Positions 37,408 through 48,950 of a DNA stretch of 64,000 nt are shown piece by piece. The notes under the pieces are model-generated. The model was not told the DNA's origin, searched no databases, and saw nothing but the letters and a program-made list of their open reading frames with translations. The stretch comes from Octopus sinensis (Eukaryota): assembly GCF_006345805.1 (NCBI RefSeq), contig NC_043006.1, forward strand, positions 1,612,001-1,676,000. Reading direction: 5' to 3'. Within the stretch, counting starts at the first letter, position 1, and each line of letters begins with the position of its first letter. Made by a program: the position numbers and the translations under genes.

Positions 37408-37408
37408 C

Positions 37409-37439
<31 letters not shown>

Positions 37440-37548
37440 TAATAATAATAATAATAATAACATAATAATAATAATATAATAATATTAATAATAAATAATA
37501 ATAACAACAATAATAATATAATAATAATAATAATAATAATAATAACAC

Positions 37549-37586
<38 letters not shown>

Positions 37587-37630
37587 CTAATAATAAAATA
37601 ATAATAATAATAATAATATATAACAACAAC

Positions 37631-37662
<32 letters not shown>

Positions 37663-37802
37663 TAATAATAACAATACTAATAATAATAATAATAATATAA
37701 TAATAATAATAATAACAACAATATAATAATAATAATATATAATAATAATATAACAAACAACACAATAATAATAATAATAATAATAATAAAATTAATAATA
37801 AT
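32434..37802. repeat. Giant degenerate (AAT)n array, about 5.4 kb
   Basis: Continuous AAT with AAC/ACT/ATC variants and 1-bp indels. It is the source of the poly-I/L/Y pseudo-ORFs. Confidence 0.97.
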
Positions 37803-38780
37803 GTTTCTTTCTAAATGTGGCCAGCCATTCTAACAGGAGGGAGAAGACAGTTACATCAACCTCAGTGCTCAGCTGGTACTTATTTTGTTGACCCCAGAAG
37901 GATGAAAGGCAAAGTTGATCTTGGTAGAATTTGAACTCAGAATATAAAGATGAATGAAGACAGACGAAATGCCAATAAGAATATTTGGCTGGTGTACTAA
38001 GGATTCTGCCAGGTTATTGCTTCAATGGTTTTAAGTTTTAGCACAAGGCCAGCAATTTTGGGGAAGACAGTAAGTCGATGACATCAACCCCAGTGTTCAA
38101 CTGGCCCTTAATGTATTGACCTTGAAAGGATGAAAGGCAAAGTCAACCTCAGCGGAATTTGAACTCAGAATGTAAGGATGGAAGAAATGCTGCTAAGCAT
38201 CATGCCCAGTGTGCAAATGATTCTGCTACCTTGACACCTGAAACCACCTTAAAAAATAACAACAACAACCACAACAACAATAATAATTGTTTCAAATTTT
38301 GGCACAAAGCCTGAAATTCTTCTATCAGGGTGAGCTAGTCAATTTACATGAACCCCTGTGCTGAACTGGTTACTTACTTTATTGTGGAGGAGCAATAACT
38401 TACTTTATTGATCCAGAAAAAGGATGAAAGGCAAACTTAACCTGAGTGGGATTTGAACTCAGAATGTAAAGCCACAAGAAAAGCCACTGATTATTTTGTC
38501 CAACATGCTAATGATTGTGTCAGTTCAGCCTGCTAATGATTAAAATGATACTAATAATAATAATAACAATAATCTTTTTTACAATAAGCACAAAGCCTGA
38601 AGTTTGTTGGGAGGGTATAGTCAATTACATCGATACGAGTGTTCAATAGGTAATTACTTTACTGACCCTGAAAGGAGTAGTGGTAAAGTCAACCTTGACT
38701 GGATTTGAACTCAGAGCATAGAACCAGAAGAAATGCTGCTAACAATTCTGTTTGACATACTAGCAATTCTGCCCTAACAA
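37802..38780 (-). mobile_element. Four head-to-tail SINE family C copies
   Basis: ggatgaaaggcaaag..atttgaactcagaat occurs four times, separated by AAT/AAC runs. Confidence 0.8.
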
Positions 38781-38782
38781 TT

Positions 38783-38835
<53 letters not shown>

Positions 38836-38954
38836 TGCAGCTGTTACCAAAATGTATTTGAAGCAATTAAATGGAAGAACGAAAGGAAAGAAAGAGAGAA
38901 AGAAAGAAAAGAAAGAGAGAAAGAAAAGAAAGAAGGGAAACGAAAATTTCCCAC

Positions 38955-38989
38955 CACCACTCTTGTTGAGAACTTCATAATGGTAGCAT
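38955..38989 (-). CDS. Candidate internal exon of the minus-strand gene
   Basis: Acceptor ttattcttgttgttgtttacttccag| and a weaker donor |gtggga (alternative end 38958). Phase 2 to 1, encoding CYHYEVLNKSG. Confidence 0.35.
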
Positions 38990-39162
38990 CTGGAAGTAAA
39001 CAACAACAAGAATAACAGGAGCAAAAACTACATAAGTGATAGGTTTTAATGGCTTTCTCTGTTGTAGCTGTTTCATAATCCTTGTTGCCGGGCACACACA
39101 CACACACACACATGGAGACAAGCATGTAAACTACCACACATGTTGCATGCTAATGTACTCAC

Positions 39163-39169
39163 GTGTTAT
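39163..39169 (-). CDS. Candidate 7-nt microexon (ATAACAC)
   Basis: ccttttaattctttcatttaaacctcatag|ATAACAC|gtgagt. Phase 1 to 2 bridges the 57153 and 38989 exons in frame. Confidence 0.3.
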
Positions 39170-39475
39170 CTATGAGGTTTAAATGAAAGAATTAAAAGGC
39201 TTCCAGCTCAGCGGACACCATTGAACGAAGAATAATTTAAGCATTTTCAATATTCAGCATCAACAACAGACATCAGTTCAAATTCCACTCAGATCAGTTC
39301 TACCGTTTATCCTTTTGAGGTCATAAAACAAAGAACCAGAATAAAGTATAGGCTGAGCACTGTGGTCAGTGTAATCAACTTGCCCTTCCCCTCAAAATTG
39401 CTGGCTTTAGTCAAAATCAGAAAGAATCATTATTATTTATCATTAAATAAAGAAATCCTTATTATTATTATTATT

Positions 39476-40030
39476 GAGTGAGAGAGCAGTGCATGCCATC
39501 AAAGTGACACTGGGGTATAATATACAAAGCCCAATATAGCCATCATGACTACCCGTCTGATAAGGGTACACTAGGCACATGCATCACAACCATATGTGCG
39601 CGACATGGTGATCTCATATCAAGATAAACAGCACATGACCTTGCAGGTGGGGCCCAGTTAGAATTTTCTTCTGGTTGAGTAGCCCATCCCGCTCAAAAGG
39701 TCCCTGAATAAGGATTGTTTAATGATGTTGAACAAACCACCCCTGTTTCCAGAGGTGAATTATCCAAACCTCTAAGAATCTCTCTCAACACATGGCTATG
39801 ATGCTCCCCCACTACTTCTGCTCATGGTCAGAGATGCACATATCGTCAGCCACTAAGGGACATGCTCAACTGGTTAAGGTCAAACAACTGACAGGCAAAT
39901 CTGTGGTATTGAGCAGAATATTTGCTGTAGCCCATCTTTTATACCAAGACAAAACAATGTACATGATAACACTTCCAATCAGTTAAGATCAGAAGCCATG
40001 AGAGCCACTGCCTGGTACTGCATCAGGGCA
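39476..40030 (-). mobile_element. 555-bp non-coding retroelement-like sequence with (TAA)n tail and no tRNA head
   Basis: Starts tgccctgatgcagtaccagg and ends ctctctcactc(AAT)n, with AAT-rich flanks on both sides. A partial second copy lies at 32253-32433. Confidence 0.7.
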
Positions 40031-40329
40031 ATTAATAATATCAACCTCAAATACTGTAACCTCAAACAATATCCAGGAAAAATTGAAGCACTTCCAAAAT
40101 TCAAAACAGAACACTTTCCAGAACTGATAACACGCACAAAAGATAAGCAAATGTCGAATTTACAAACTGAGCAATTACAAAAGCTGTAAAGCACAGCAAA
40201 ACTTCATTTAATATTGTAAATGAAAAAAACATCAATGGTGTGTGTATACATTTTTGTTTCTTTCAGTAATTGAAACAGAACAAAGTCAAACAGTTCTCTT
40301 CAAAATTTTTCATCTCTCTCATTAATCAG

Positions 40330-40640
40330 AGTGACATGTAGCTTAGTGGTTAGGGTATTCATCTGACAATCATAAGGTCATGAGTTCAATTCCCAGTCAC
40401 GCATTGTATCCTTGGGCAAGACACTTTATTTCACGTTGCCCCAGTCCACTCAGCTGGCAAAAATGAGTAGTACCTGTATTTCAAAGAGCCAGCCTTGTCG
40501 CATTCTGTGTCATGCTGAATCTCTCTCAGAACTATATTAAGGGTACATGTGCCTGTGGAGTACTCAGCCACTTGCACGTTAACTTCATGAGTAGGCTCTT
40601 CCATTGATCAGACCAACAGCAACCCTTGTCACTGTAACTG
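40330..40640 (+). mobile_element. SINE family D variant
   Basis: gtagcttagtggttagggt..gagttcaattccc..ccttgggcaagacactt..cagctggcaaaaatgagt. Confidence 0.7.
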
Positions 40641-40822
40641 ACCGAGTGTCAGTGCCAATGCCAAACGCGTATTTTGAACTTTGCTGACCACACGGCTGCA
40701 ACCTCTCCTTTGTTGGTTCCCAGTCGACATCCATTTATAAACTCAATGCTATCTAACAGTACGCCCCATAAATGGTGTAGCTTCTTTCTACTCTCCCCTT
40801 AACTTTCATATACTCGTTATTG

Positions 40823-40854
<32 letters not shown>

Positions 40855-40879
40855 GGTGGTGGTGGTGGTGGTGGTGTAG

Positions 40880-41208
40880 TTACCTCTACCTTAGCAAAGG
40901 CATAGGTATTGTTTTCAGTCGTGTTTGTTTGTTTCTTTGTCCATGGAGAAGATATCTCAAGAACCGTTGGATGAATTCAGATGAAACTTTCAGAGATGTT
41001 TGGCCTCGTGACTGGCACAAACTCTTTGGAATTGACTCAGTACCAAACAAGGATTCAGGATTATTTTTCCGGTTTTCTTACTTAATTTTTGAGGGCAGTC
41101 ATGTTAATTTTTAGTATTCTCGTTTGTGAAACCATTCGAGTTTATTTAAGATATTCTCATTTTAAAAATCATCTCTGGCTAATCGTTGAGAGGACGTTGG
41201 TGTTGCCT
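40880..41208 (+). mobile_element. Helentron-associated HINE/DINE-1-like element, 3'-truncated
   Basis: TTACCTCTACCTTAG..GGTATTGTTTTC..gtttgtttg..atatctcaagaaccgttggatgaatt..atgaaacttt, with gttgcctt near the end. Confidence 0.55.
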
Positions 41209-41289
41209 TATTATTATCATCATCATGATCATCATCATCATAATGCCAGTGCATGCTAATTTAGTGAGCAGGTATTTTTGATGTTTTAG

Positions 41290-41945
41290 GAGATAAGTTT
41301 CCTCAAATCTTAAGAATGTTTCTTAGGATTCTTGAAGACACTAGGATGGTATTTTTCTGCAGATCAACAATGCGATTTCCATTTGAAATCTGTTTCGGTC
41401 ATTTTGGTAGCATTTTGGATGTTATGCCAAGTGCACCAATTACTAAAGGAATAATTGTTGTCTTGTCTTCTACAGTCTCCTCAGCTCTTTGGTTAGATCC
41501 TGATATTTTTCAATTTTTTTTTCAGTTTTTTATTTTGTATCAAATCTGCTATCATGGGGAATTACAAAATTATGATCTTGCATTGTTTATTTTGTTCTCT
41601 ATAATCAAATATGGTCTTCTTGTTTCAATAGTATGATCAGTTTTTATTGGTAAATCCCTCAAGATTTCATAATTCTCATTTTCTATCAAAGCTTTTAGTT
41701 CATGTTCACGTCACTTTTCTGTTATTTTAAAGACACACTCAGCCTTCATTCCATTACACTCTTTTGCCTACACAATCATGTCTGCACTTATACTCCTTTT
41801 GTGCTAGTATATTGCACTCACTCAAAAAGTGATTTATACCTTTGTTTCCTTTCCTGCAGGTTCTACACTTGCTGTCTGACCGAGTGTGTTAGTCTTTGCC
41901 TTTATCAGATTTGTCCTTATGGCTTGTTCTTGAGCAGCTAAAATT
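41290..41945 (-). mobile_element. Second R4/Dong RLE LINE relic (old)
   Basis: AAQEQAIRTNLIKAK..SKCRTC, ENYEILRDLPIKTDHTIETRRP and TTIIPLVIGALG..LQKNTILVSSRILR, with many stops. Confidence 0.8.
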
Positions 41946-42477
41946 AACATTTTTGCCTCTCATTTAAGTTCCTATCTGTCAACTAGAGCCATTGTTATCA
42001 TTATTATGAAGGGGCACGTCTTTGTGGTTAGCTCTGTGGGTTTCATTCTCGGGCCAATATCTCCTTGAGGAAGACACTTCACTTCATGTTTCTCCATTAC
42101 AGAGATCTTTGCCTTTCATCCTTCCAGGCAGATAAGATTAAATACCAGTGATGTGCTAGGATCAATAGAATGAACTGTTCCTTTCTCAGACAAAACATTT
42201 GATCTTATAAATATGTTCAAGATTAAGGCAACAGTGAATTAGCTGAATCAATAGAGAGTGAGATGAAATGTCTTATGGCATATATTCCAGCTCTTTCATG
42301 TTGAGTTCAATTCCTACCAAGTTCAACTTTACTTTCCATCCCTTCTAGGGTTGGTAAAATAAAGTATCAATACATAATCAAGTAATGAGGTTGATATGCT
42401 CAACCGTTTCTTCTGAGAAAATTACTGTTTTTATGCTTATGTAAGAAATCAATATTATTTATTATTATTTTTATCAC

Positions 42478-42741
42478 GGGCTGATGCCAGTGCTGCCTTG
42501 ACTGGCATCCGTGCCAGTGGCACATAAAAAGCACTAACCGATTGTGGCCGTTGCCAGCCTCGCCTGGCACGTAAAAAGCACCCTCTACACTCACGGAGTG
42601 GTTGGCGTTAGGAAGGGCATCCAGAAACACTGCCAGATCATATTGGAGCCTGGTGCAGCCTCCTGGCTTCCCAGACCCCAGTCGAACCGTCCAACTCATG
42701 CTAGCATGGAAAACGGACGTTAAATGATGATGATGATGATG
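42478..42741 (+). mobile_element. RTE 3' tail
   Basis: gtggcacataaaaagcac..catgctagcatgg..(GAT)n. Confidence 0.85.
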
Positions 42742-42749
42742 ATCACTAA

Positions 42750-42985
42750 GGTAGGGAGCTGGTCAAATCATTAGAGTGTCGGACAAAATGCTTAGTGGCA
42801 TTTCATCCAACTTTGCATTCTAAGTTTAAATTCTGCCAAGGTCGACTTTGCTTTTCATCCTTTCAGGGTCGATAAATTAAGTACCAGTTATGCACTGGAG
42901 TCGATGTAATCGACTTAATCCGTTTGTCTGTCCTTGTTTATCCCCTCTATGTTTAGCCCCTTGTGGGCAATAAGGAAACAAGAAT
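42750..42985 (+). mobile_element. SINE family C, long-tail subtype
   Basis: gagctggtcaaatcatt..gtcgactttgcttttcatcctttcagggtcgataaattaagtaccag..ttagccccttgtggg. Confidence 0.8.
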
Positions 42986-43293
42986 TATATTACTAAATAC
43001 TACATTAATTCCAAAATGAATTAAAACAAATCAGTGTATTTCAGCAGAAATATGGCAGCAAAAGGGTTAAGAGTATCTACAGCCATATGGCAGAATGGAT
43101 AAAGTAACAGCCTAGCTGTTAGTTCATATCTAATGTAAATGTCCCACTTTGTCTTTGGACAAGATTATTTAATTTCACCTTGCTCTTGCTTTTTCCAGTT
43201 GAGTCATATAAAATACCCAGCTTCTGCAGGTAAAGTTACTCTTGAAAGAGCTTGTGTCTTAGCCAGATGAATATTTATCTTTCCTCAGCTTAT

Positions 43294-43833
43294 CCCTTTA
43301 GCATTTAAGCTGGCCGTAACTGGCCAAAATATTCTACTTGATGTTCAAACCAGCCAGATTTAACCTCTCACACATACCTTGTTATGCAATTCTCGCAAAT
43401 TCGTGAAGCGTTCCATATTTTTAAAAAAACATTTGAGCAAGGTCGTCGCCAGTGCCGCTGGACTGGCTCCTGTGCAGGTGGCACATAAAAAGCACCATTT
43501 CGAGCGTGGCCGTTGCCAGTACCGCCAGACTGGCCCTCGTGCAGGTGGCACGTAAAAGCACCCACTGCACTCTCAGAGTGGTTTGCGTCAGGAAGGGCAT
43601 CCGGCTGTGGAAGCTCTGCCAGATCAGTTTGGAGCCTGGTGCAACCATCTGGTTTGCCAGACTTCAGTCAAATCGTCCAACCCATGCTAGCATGGAAAGC
43701 GGACGTTAAACGATGATGATGATGAACAATCACATCATCAAAATCTTGAAACTACAAGATAATGCATGATCAATTGAAGACAATTTGAATAAATAAACAT
43801 TACATTTGACAAAATAACCCGAATGCTAAAGGG
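43294..43833. mobile_element. piggyBac-like MITE interrupted by an RTE tail (about 43430-43724)
   Basis: TIRs CCCTTTAGCATT / AATGCTAAAGGG, with TTAT on the left and TTAA on the right. Confidence 0.7.
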
Positions 43834-44009
43834 TTAAAACCATAGAAACAAGAGGTGAGCCATCTCCATATGAACTCTGTGGTTTTATTGACAGGAAAAT
43901 TAACTTTTAGCCGGTGAGTTGTAGTGGTTGTGTTGTCTGGGTGTTGAACTATTGACCACCATTTAACCATGAGTTTAAAATCTTACTACAATGTTATCTC
44001 CCTGGAAAA

Positions 44010-44127
44010 CAGAAACACTGCCAGATCAGACTGGGCCTGATGCAGCCTTCTGGCTTCACAGACCCCAGTTGAACCGTCCAACCCATGCTAGCATGGAAAG
44101 CGGACGCTAAATGGTGATGATGATGAT
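44010..44127 (+). mobile_element. RTE 3' tail
   Basis: agaaacactgccagatcag..ccatgctagcatgg..tgatgatgat. Confidence 0.85.
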
Positions 44128-44667
44128 AAAGTACATAACTGTGTGTGACATATCTGCATCAGTCTGCCTGCCTGGCAACAGGTTCCACTCCTACTTTGTG
44201 GATGAGTTATCAAAAGAGATAAGAACATAACACTTATCCCAATAAAATAAAATATTTCATTTCTTAAAATACAAATCCAAAACCAAAGGTAACACAACAT
44301 GAATGAAGAAAGAAGAAAAAAAAAGAAGAAAAAAAAGAAAAAGAAGAAGAAAGAAAGTGTTGAAATTCATCTTGGACAATAAGGTTTTAGTGGGATTATA
44401 TGAAAAAATGGATGATTTGTAGAGGTAGAATGTTGAAGTAATAGATATAATTAAGACTTGTCAGTTTGCCTCAAGGTCCCAGCAGACAAAATGGGAAAGG
44501 CAAAGAATGGCAAAGGAGATGCTGAGTTTTCTTGCCACACACCTGCCTTTGTTGCAACGAATTTTAGAAATAATAAAGAATCTAAAAGTAAGTTAACTTT
44601 GTCATTATTAATCTGATGTTTGGAACTTTAAATCAACATGGAATTTTGATGAAAGGTTTTAATTTCG

Positions 44668-44702
<35 letters not shown>

Positions 44703-44905
44703 TTAACGTCCGCTTTCCATGCTGGCATGGGTTGGATGGTTTGATATGGAAATGGTTAGTAGAGAGAGCTGTCCAGACTCCAACTATCTGTTGAGGCATG
44801 GTTTCTATGGTCGTGTGCCTTTCCTAATGCCAACCACTTAACAGAGTCTGCTGGATGCTTTTTACACAGCCACTGGTACAGGTGCATTAATGCAGTAACA
44901 GCACA
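44668..44905 (-). mobile_element. RTE-type 3' tail (variant)
   Basis: (CAT)n ttaacgtccgctttccatgctggcatgggttgg. Confidence 0.75.
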
Positions 44906-45369
44906 AGTGCTTTTTGAGGGGCACCGACACCTGCAAGGACAAGCCTGTACATGGGGAAGACAGAGAACCATGGACAGTTTCAGACAGTTTGATTTCAAAA
45001 TAGTTTTCTGCGATAATTCATGCAAATCTGCTCACAATTTAATTGGCCGACCTAACACTTGTGTAACAGGTAGCTGTTTCATTATCCAACAGCAATGGGT
45101 TCAATGCATAGACTGAACAAAGACCATACAAGAAGGAGGAGGGGTTGCAGCAGTAACAACAGTAACACCAACAATACTGATTGGCAATATAGGCACAAGG
45201 CTTCACATCTGAGGTGGGAAACGGTCAAGTATATTGACCCAAGTACATGACTGGTACGTATTTGTTTTATCAACTTCCTGAAGGATGGCAGGTGATGGTG
45301 ATGTTGGTAGAAACTGAACTTGGAATGCAAAGAAATGCAGCAGATATCACAAAATATTTTGTCCTATAA

Positions 45370-45620
45370 TCTACCGATGCTACCATTCCACCAACCTTAC
45401 ATGACATTTTGTCCCACCACTCAACCATTTCTACTAATCTATCAATTCTACCAACTCATTGCTCTACCAATTTTACCAACCCCTTATTCTACCAATCCTA
45501 CTAATGTCACTCTATACCAATTCTATCAATCTACCAACCTACTGATCCTACCAATGCATCAATTCTACCAATTCTACAAATCTTCCACTCTACCAAATTT
45601 AACAGTTCCCCACTCAATTA
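45370..45620. repeat. Degenerate CTACCAATTCTACCAA minisatellite adjacent to a SINE C head
   Basis: More than ten imperfect ctaccaa units. Confidence 0.75.
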
Positions 45621-46317
45621 CTTCTACCAATCCACCACCCTTTCTCATCAATATCAACAACAACAAAGTCAGAAGATTAGCAGATTCATTAGAACATCAG
45701 AAAAATGCTCTGTGGTTCCAGCTCTTTACATTCTAAGTTCAAATCTTGCCATGGTCAACTTTGCCTTTCACCCTTTCAAAGTCAATAAAATAAAGTAGCA
45801 GTCAAGTTCTGGAACTGATGGTCTCAGCTGACCACCTTGCCTCAAAATCCAGTTTGGATGCTATTCAGGAAGATATGTATATAAAAAATAGCACCTTTGT
45901 GCATCAGAGACGCATCATCAGGCACATGATCCACATAATTGCATAAATAATAATGATACACCTGCACTAGCTACAGCAACAACAGCAGCCCATCATGGAA
46001 ATAATTGACAAGGAACCTACACCTAAGATGCAGTGGATCAAACTTTAATTAAACACTATCTGTTTATGCAAAATACAACATATCTCAAGCCTGGAATAAA
46101 TTAAATATTATAAAGCCTCACTGTGAGCTAAATAAGAATGTAAACACATTCTTTTTATATTATTGATGTGTGGTAAAAAGTAGGAGAGAGTTTCCAAGCC
46201 GTCTCATGGTTTATCTTCAGGAAAGATGTAATCTGCTTCCATCTCTTCAATAGCATTAATCAGTCACTTATAGCGAATAAAACATACTTCTGTTTTTGAT
46301 ATTGTATCATTAACTAA

Positions 46318-46998
46318 CCCTGTAGCATTTAAACCAGCCATATCAGGCCAAAATATTTTACCTGTTTAAGGTTCATATCAACTAGATCCAGCCTTTCACA
46401 CATGATCTACAATGTCATTCTAAAGATATACAGTCATGATGACTGGCATCTGTGCTAATCAAATCCAATGACTGGCATCCATGCTAGTGGAGCGCTAAGA
46501 GTACCATACAAGCGTGATTGTTGCCAGAGCAACAAGCTGGCCCCCATGCCGATGGGCACGAAAAAAGCACCATTCGAGCGTGATCGTTACCTGCGTCGCC
46601 TTACTGGCACTTGTGCTGGTGGCATGGGAAAAGACATTCAAGTGAGGTCATTGCTAGTGTGGCTGGACTGGTTTCTGTGCAGGTGGCACATAAAAGCACC
46701 ATTTGAGTGTGGCCACTGCCAGTACCACCTGACTGGCCCTCATGCTGGTGGCACATAAAAAGCACCCACTGCAGTTGGAATTAGAAAGGGCATCCAGCTG
46801 TAGAAACTCTGCCAGATCAGATTGGAGTCTGGTGAAGCCATCTGGTTCGCCACACCTCAGTCAAATCGTCCAACCCATGCTAGCATGGAAAGCAGATGTT
46901 AAAAGATGATGATGATGATGATGATCATCATCATCATCATTGAAATCTCATAGCTATGAGCTAATGCATGATTAATTCAAAACAATCTGAATAAATAA
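46318..46998. mobile_element. Second piggyBac-like MITE copy interrupted by an RTE tail (about 46437-46925), right end lost
   Basis: CCCTGTAGCATTTAAACC..ggccaaaatatt start, and gaaatctc..aatgcatgattaatt..aataaataag matches 43725-43800. Confidence 0.65.
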
Positions 46999-47129
46999 GT
47001 TAGAGTTCAACAATATTTATGCAAGAAGCAGTATTTATGGAAAAAAAAACTGAAATAAGTTTAAATATCATAAATCTTCACTGTTGGTGGAATAAGAATG
47101 TGAATATATTCTTCCTATACTATTGATGT

Positions 47130-47388
47130 GTGGAGGTACATGGCTTAGTGGCTAGGGTGTCAGACTCATGATTGTAAGATTGTGGTTTCGATTCCTGGAC
47201 TGGGCAACGTGTTGTGTTCTTGAGCAAAACACTTCATTTCACGTTGCTCCAGTCCACTCAACTGGCAAAAATGAGTAACGCTGCAATGGACTGGCGTCCC
47301 GTCCAGCTGGGGAACACATATGCCATTGAAACCGGGAAACTGGGCCCATGAGCCTAGCTGGGCTTTAAAAAGGGTGCATTTATTTTAT
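47130..47388 (+). mobile_element. SINE family D with 14-bp TSD
   Basis: TSD TATACTATTGATGT at 47116-47129 and 47389-47402. tRNA-like head and a gctgcaatggactggcgtcccgtccag body. Confidence 0.85.
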
Positions 47389-48250
47389 TATACTATTGAT
47401 GTACAGAAAATGAGAGGGAGTCTCCTGACAAACTGTTTAATGGTTTTTTTAAAACCATCCCTCAGAGAAGACATATCCATCTTCCTTTTCCAGTCAATAG
47501 CATAGGTCAGCTACCTCAAGAGCTGTCCTGAACAAGGCTAAAACAACTATAGGTAACTTAATTTACATATTTGTGCTTTTAACAGTTCAAAGCACAAATT
47601 AATCAATATTCATTTATGAACAACATATGTCAGAAGTAAAATAGATTTAGATATTAGAAACCTTCTTTGTAGGTCAAATATGAGTGTAACCATGTTTTTT
47701 TTCTATACTAATGAAGCTAATAATGGTAGGTTGAGTTTCAGGTGGAAAGCTCACTAAATATAAATCACCATTAACTCATCATATTCAATAACTTCTGCTC
47801 TATTTACACTCATTTTGCATTTTCTCCATTCATGGGTTTTCTCAATCAGAGCTTAATTAATGGAGCTATAAAATTAAATCATTATAGTTCTAAGTTATAT
47901 AAATTTTCAAACAATTTTGCAGCAAGCACAAGGAAGTTGTGTTTGTGTGTGTATGTGTACATATCTGTGTAAATGTAATGTTTTATGTGTGTGTATATAT
48001 ATATATATATATATGCATTCGGTGGGATTAGTAATATTTTTGGTAGAAATGACTGATTGTCCCTCTTAGCGTTTGGCATGTATATACAATGCCTCCTGGC
48101 ATGTATGTATAATGCCCTCTATATATAAATTAATATGTTCAATAAGAAATAATTTTTTTCGAAATTTTTTCTCTTATGAGGTTTTTACGCTATCTACCTG
48201 ACAATTTCTTGTTAAGTTTTCCTTATTAAGTAGTTGTCCTTAATTGCTAA

Positions 48251-48282
<32 letters not shown>

Positions 48283-48284
<2 letters not shown>

Positions 48285-48486
48285 TCTTTTACTTGTTTCA
48301 GTCATTTGACTGTGGCCATGCTGGAGCACCGCCTTTAGTCGAGAAAATCGACCCCAGGACTTATTCTTTGTAAGCACAGTACTTATTCTATCGGTCTCTT
48401 TTGCCGAACCACTAAGTTACGGGGACGTAAACAAACCAGCATCGGTTGTCAAGCAATGCTAGGGGGACAAACACAGACACACAAAC

Positions 48487-48533
<47 letters not shown>

Positions 48534-48699
48534 TATGACAGGCTTCTTTCAGTTTCCGTCTACCAAATCCACTCACAAGGCATTGGTCGGCCCGGGGCTA
48601 TAGCAGAAGACACTTGCCCAAGATGCCACGCAGTGGGACTGAACCCGGAACCATGTGGTTGGTTAGCAAGCTACTTACCACACAGCTACTCCTGCGCCT
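48283..48699 (-). mobile_element. SINE family AB, full length, young
   Basis: Complete structure, very similar to 20006-20440. Confidence 0.9.
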
Positions 48700-48754
48700 T
48701 TATATATATATATATATATGTATATATATAAATGCATACATGCATACACACACA

Positions 48755-48950
48755 CAGTGGAGCTGCATGGCTTAGTGGTTAGAGTGTTGGACTCATGATC
48801 ACAAGATTGTGGTTCCTGGACCAGGCAATGCATTGTGCTCCAGTCAACTCAGCTGGTTAAAATGAGAAATCCAGTGATGGATCCCCATCCCATCCAGGGA
48901 AGAATATATACACTAGAGAGACTAGGGAAACTGGCCCTATGCTAATTACA
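48755..48950 (+). mobile_element. SINE family D, diverged
   Basis: ggagctgcatggcttagtggttagagtg..cagtcaactcagctgg. Confidence 0.6.

Noticed and set aside
11962-37765. Long ORFs in the track (YIHT/MYVC repeats; poly-I/L/Y up to 642 aa; poly-H/T/G/V)
   Set aside because: These are stop-free readings of (TATG)n, (AAT)n and (GGT)n microsatellites with no splice or domain support.
39979-40194. Minus ORF and acceptor giving FVIAQFVNSTFAYLLCVLSVLESVLF*
   Set aside because: No donor and no linkage to other exons. Hydrophobicity is expected from T-rich DNA.
43989-44003. 15-nt minus-strand acceptor/donor pair (GDNIV)
   Set aside because: The acceptor is partly supplied by an RTE tail junction, and the phase-1 frame has a stop.
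45880-46225. Hammerhead-like words on minus at about 45885-45930 and 46175-46225
   Set aside because: G12 is absent or the cleavage site and stem I partner are missing. Too decayed to call.
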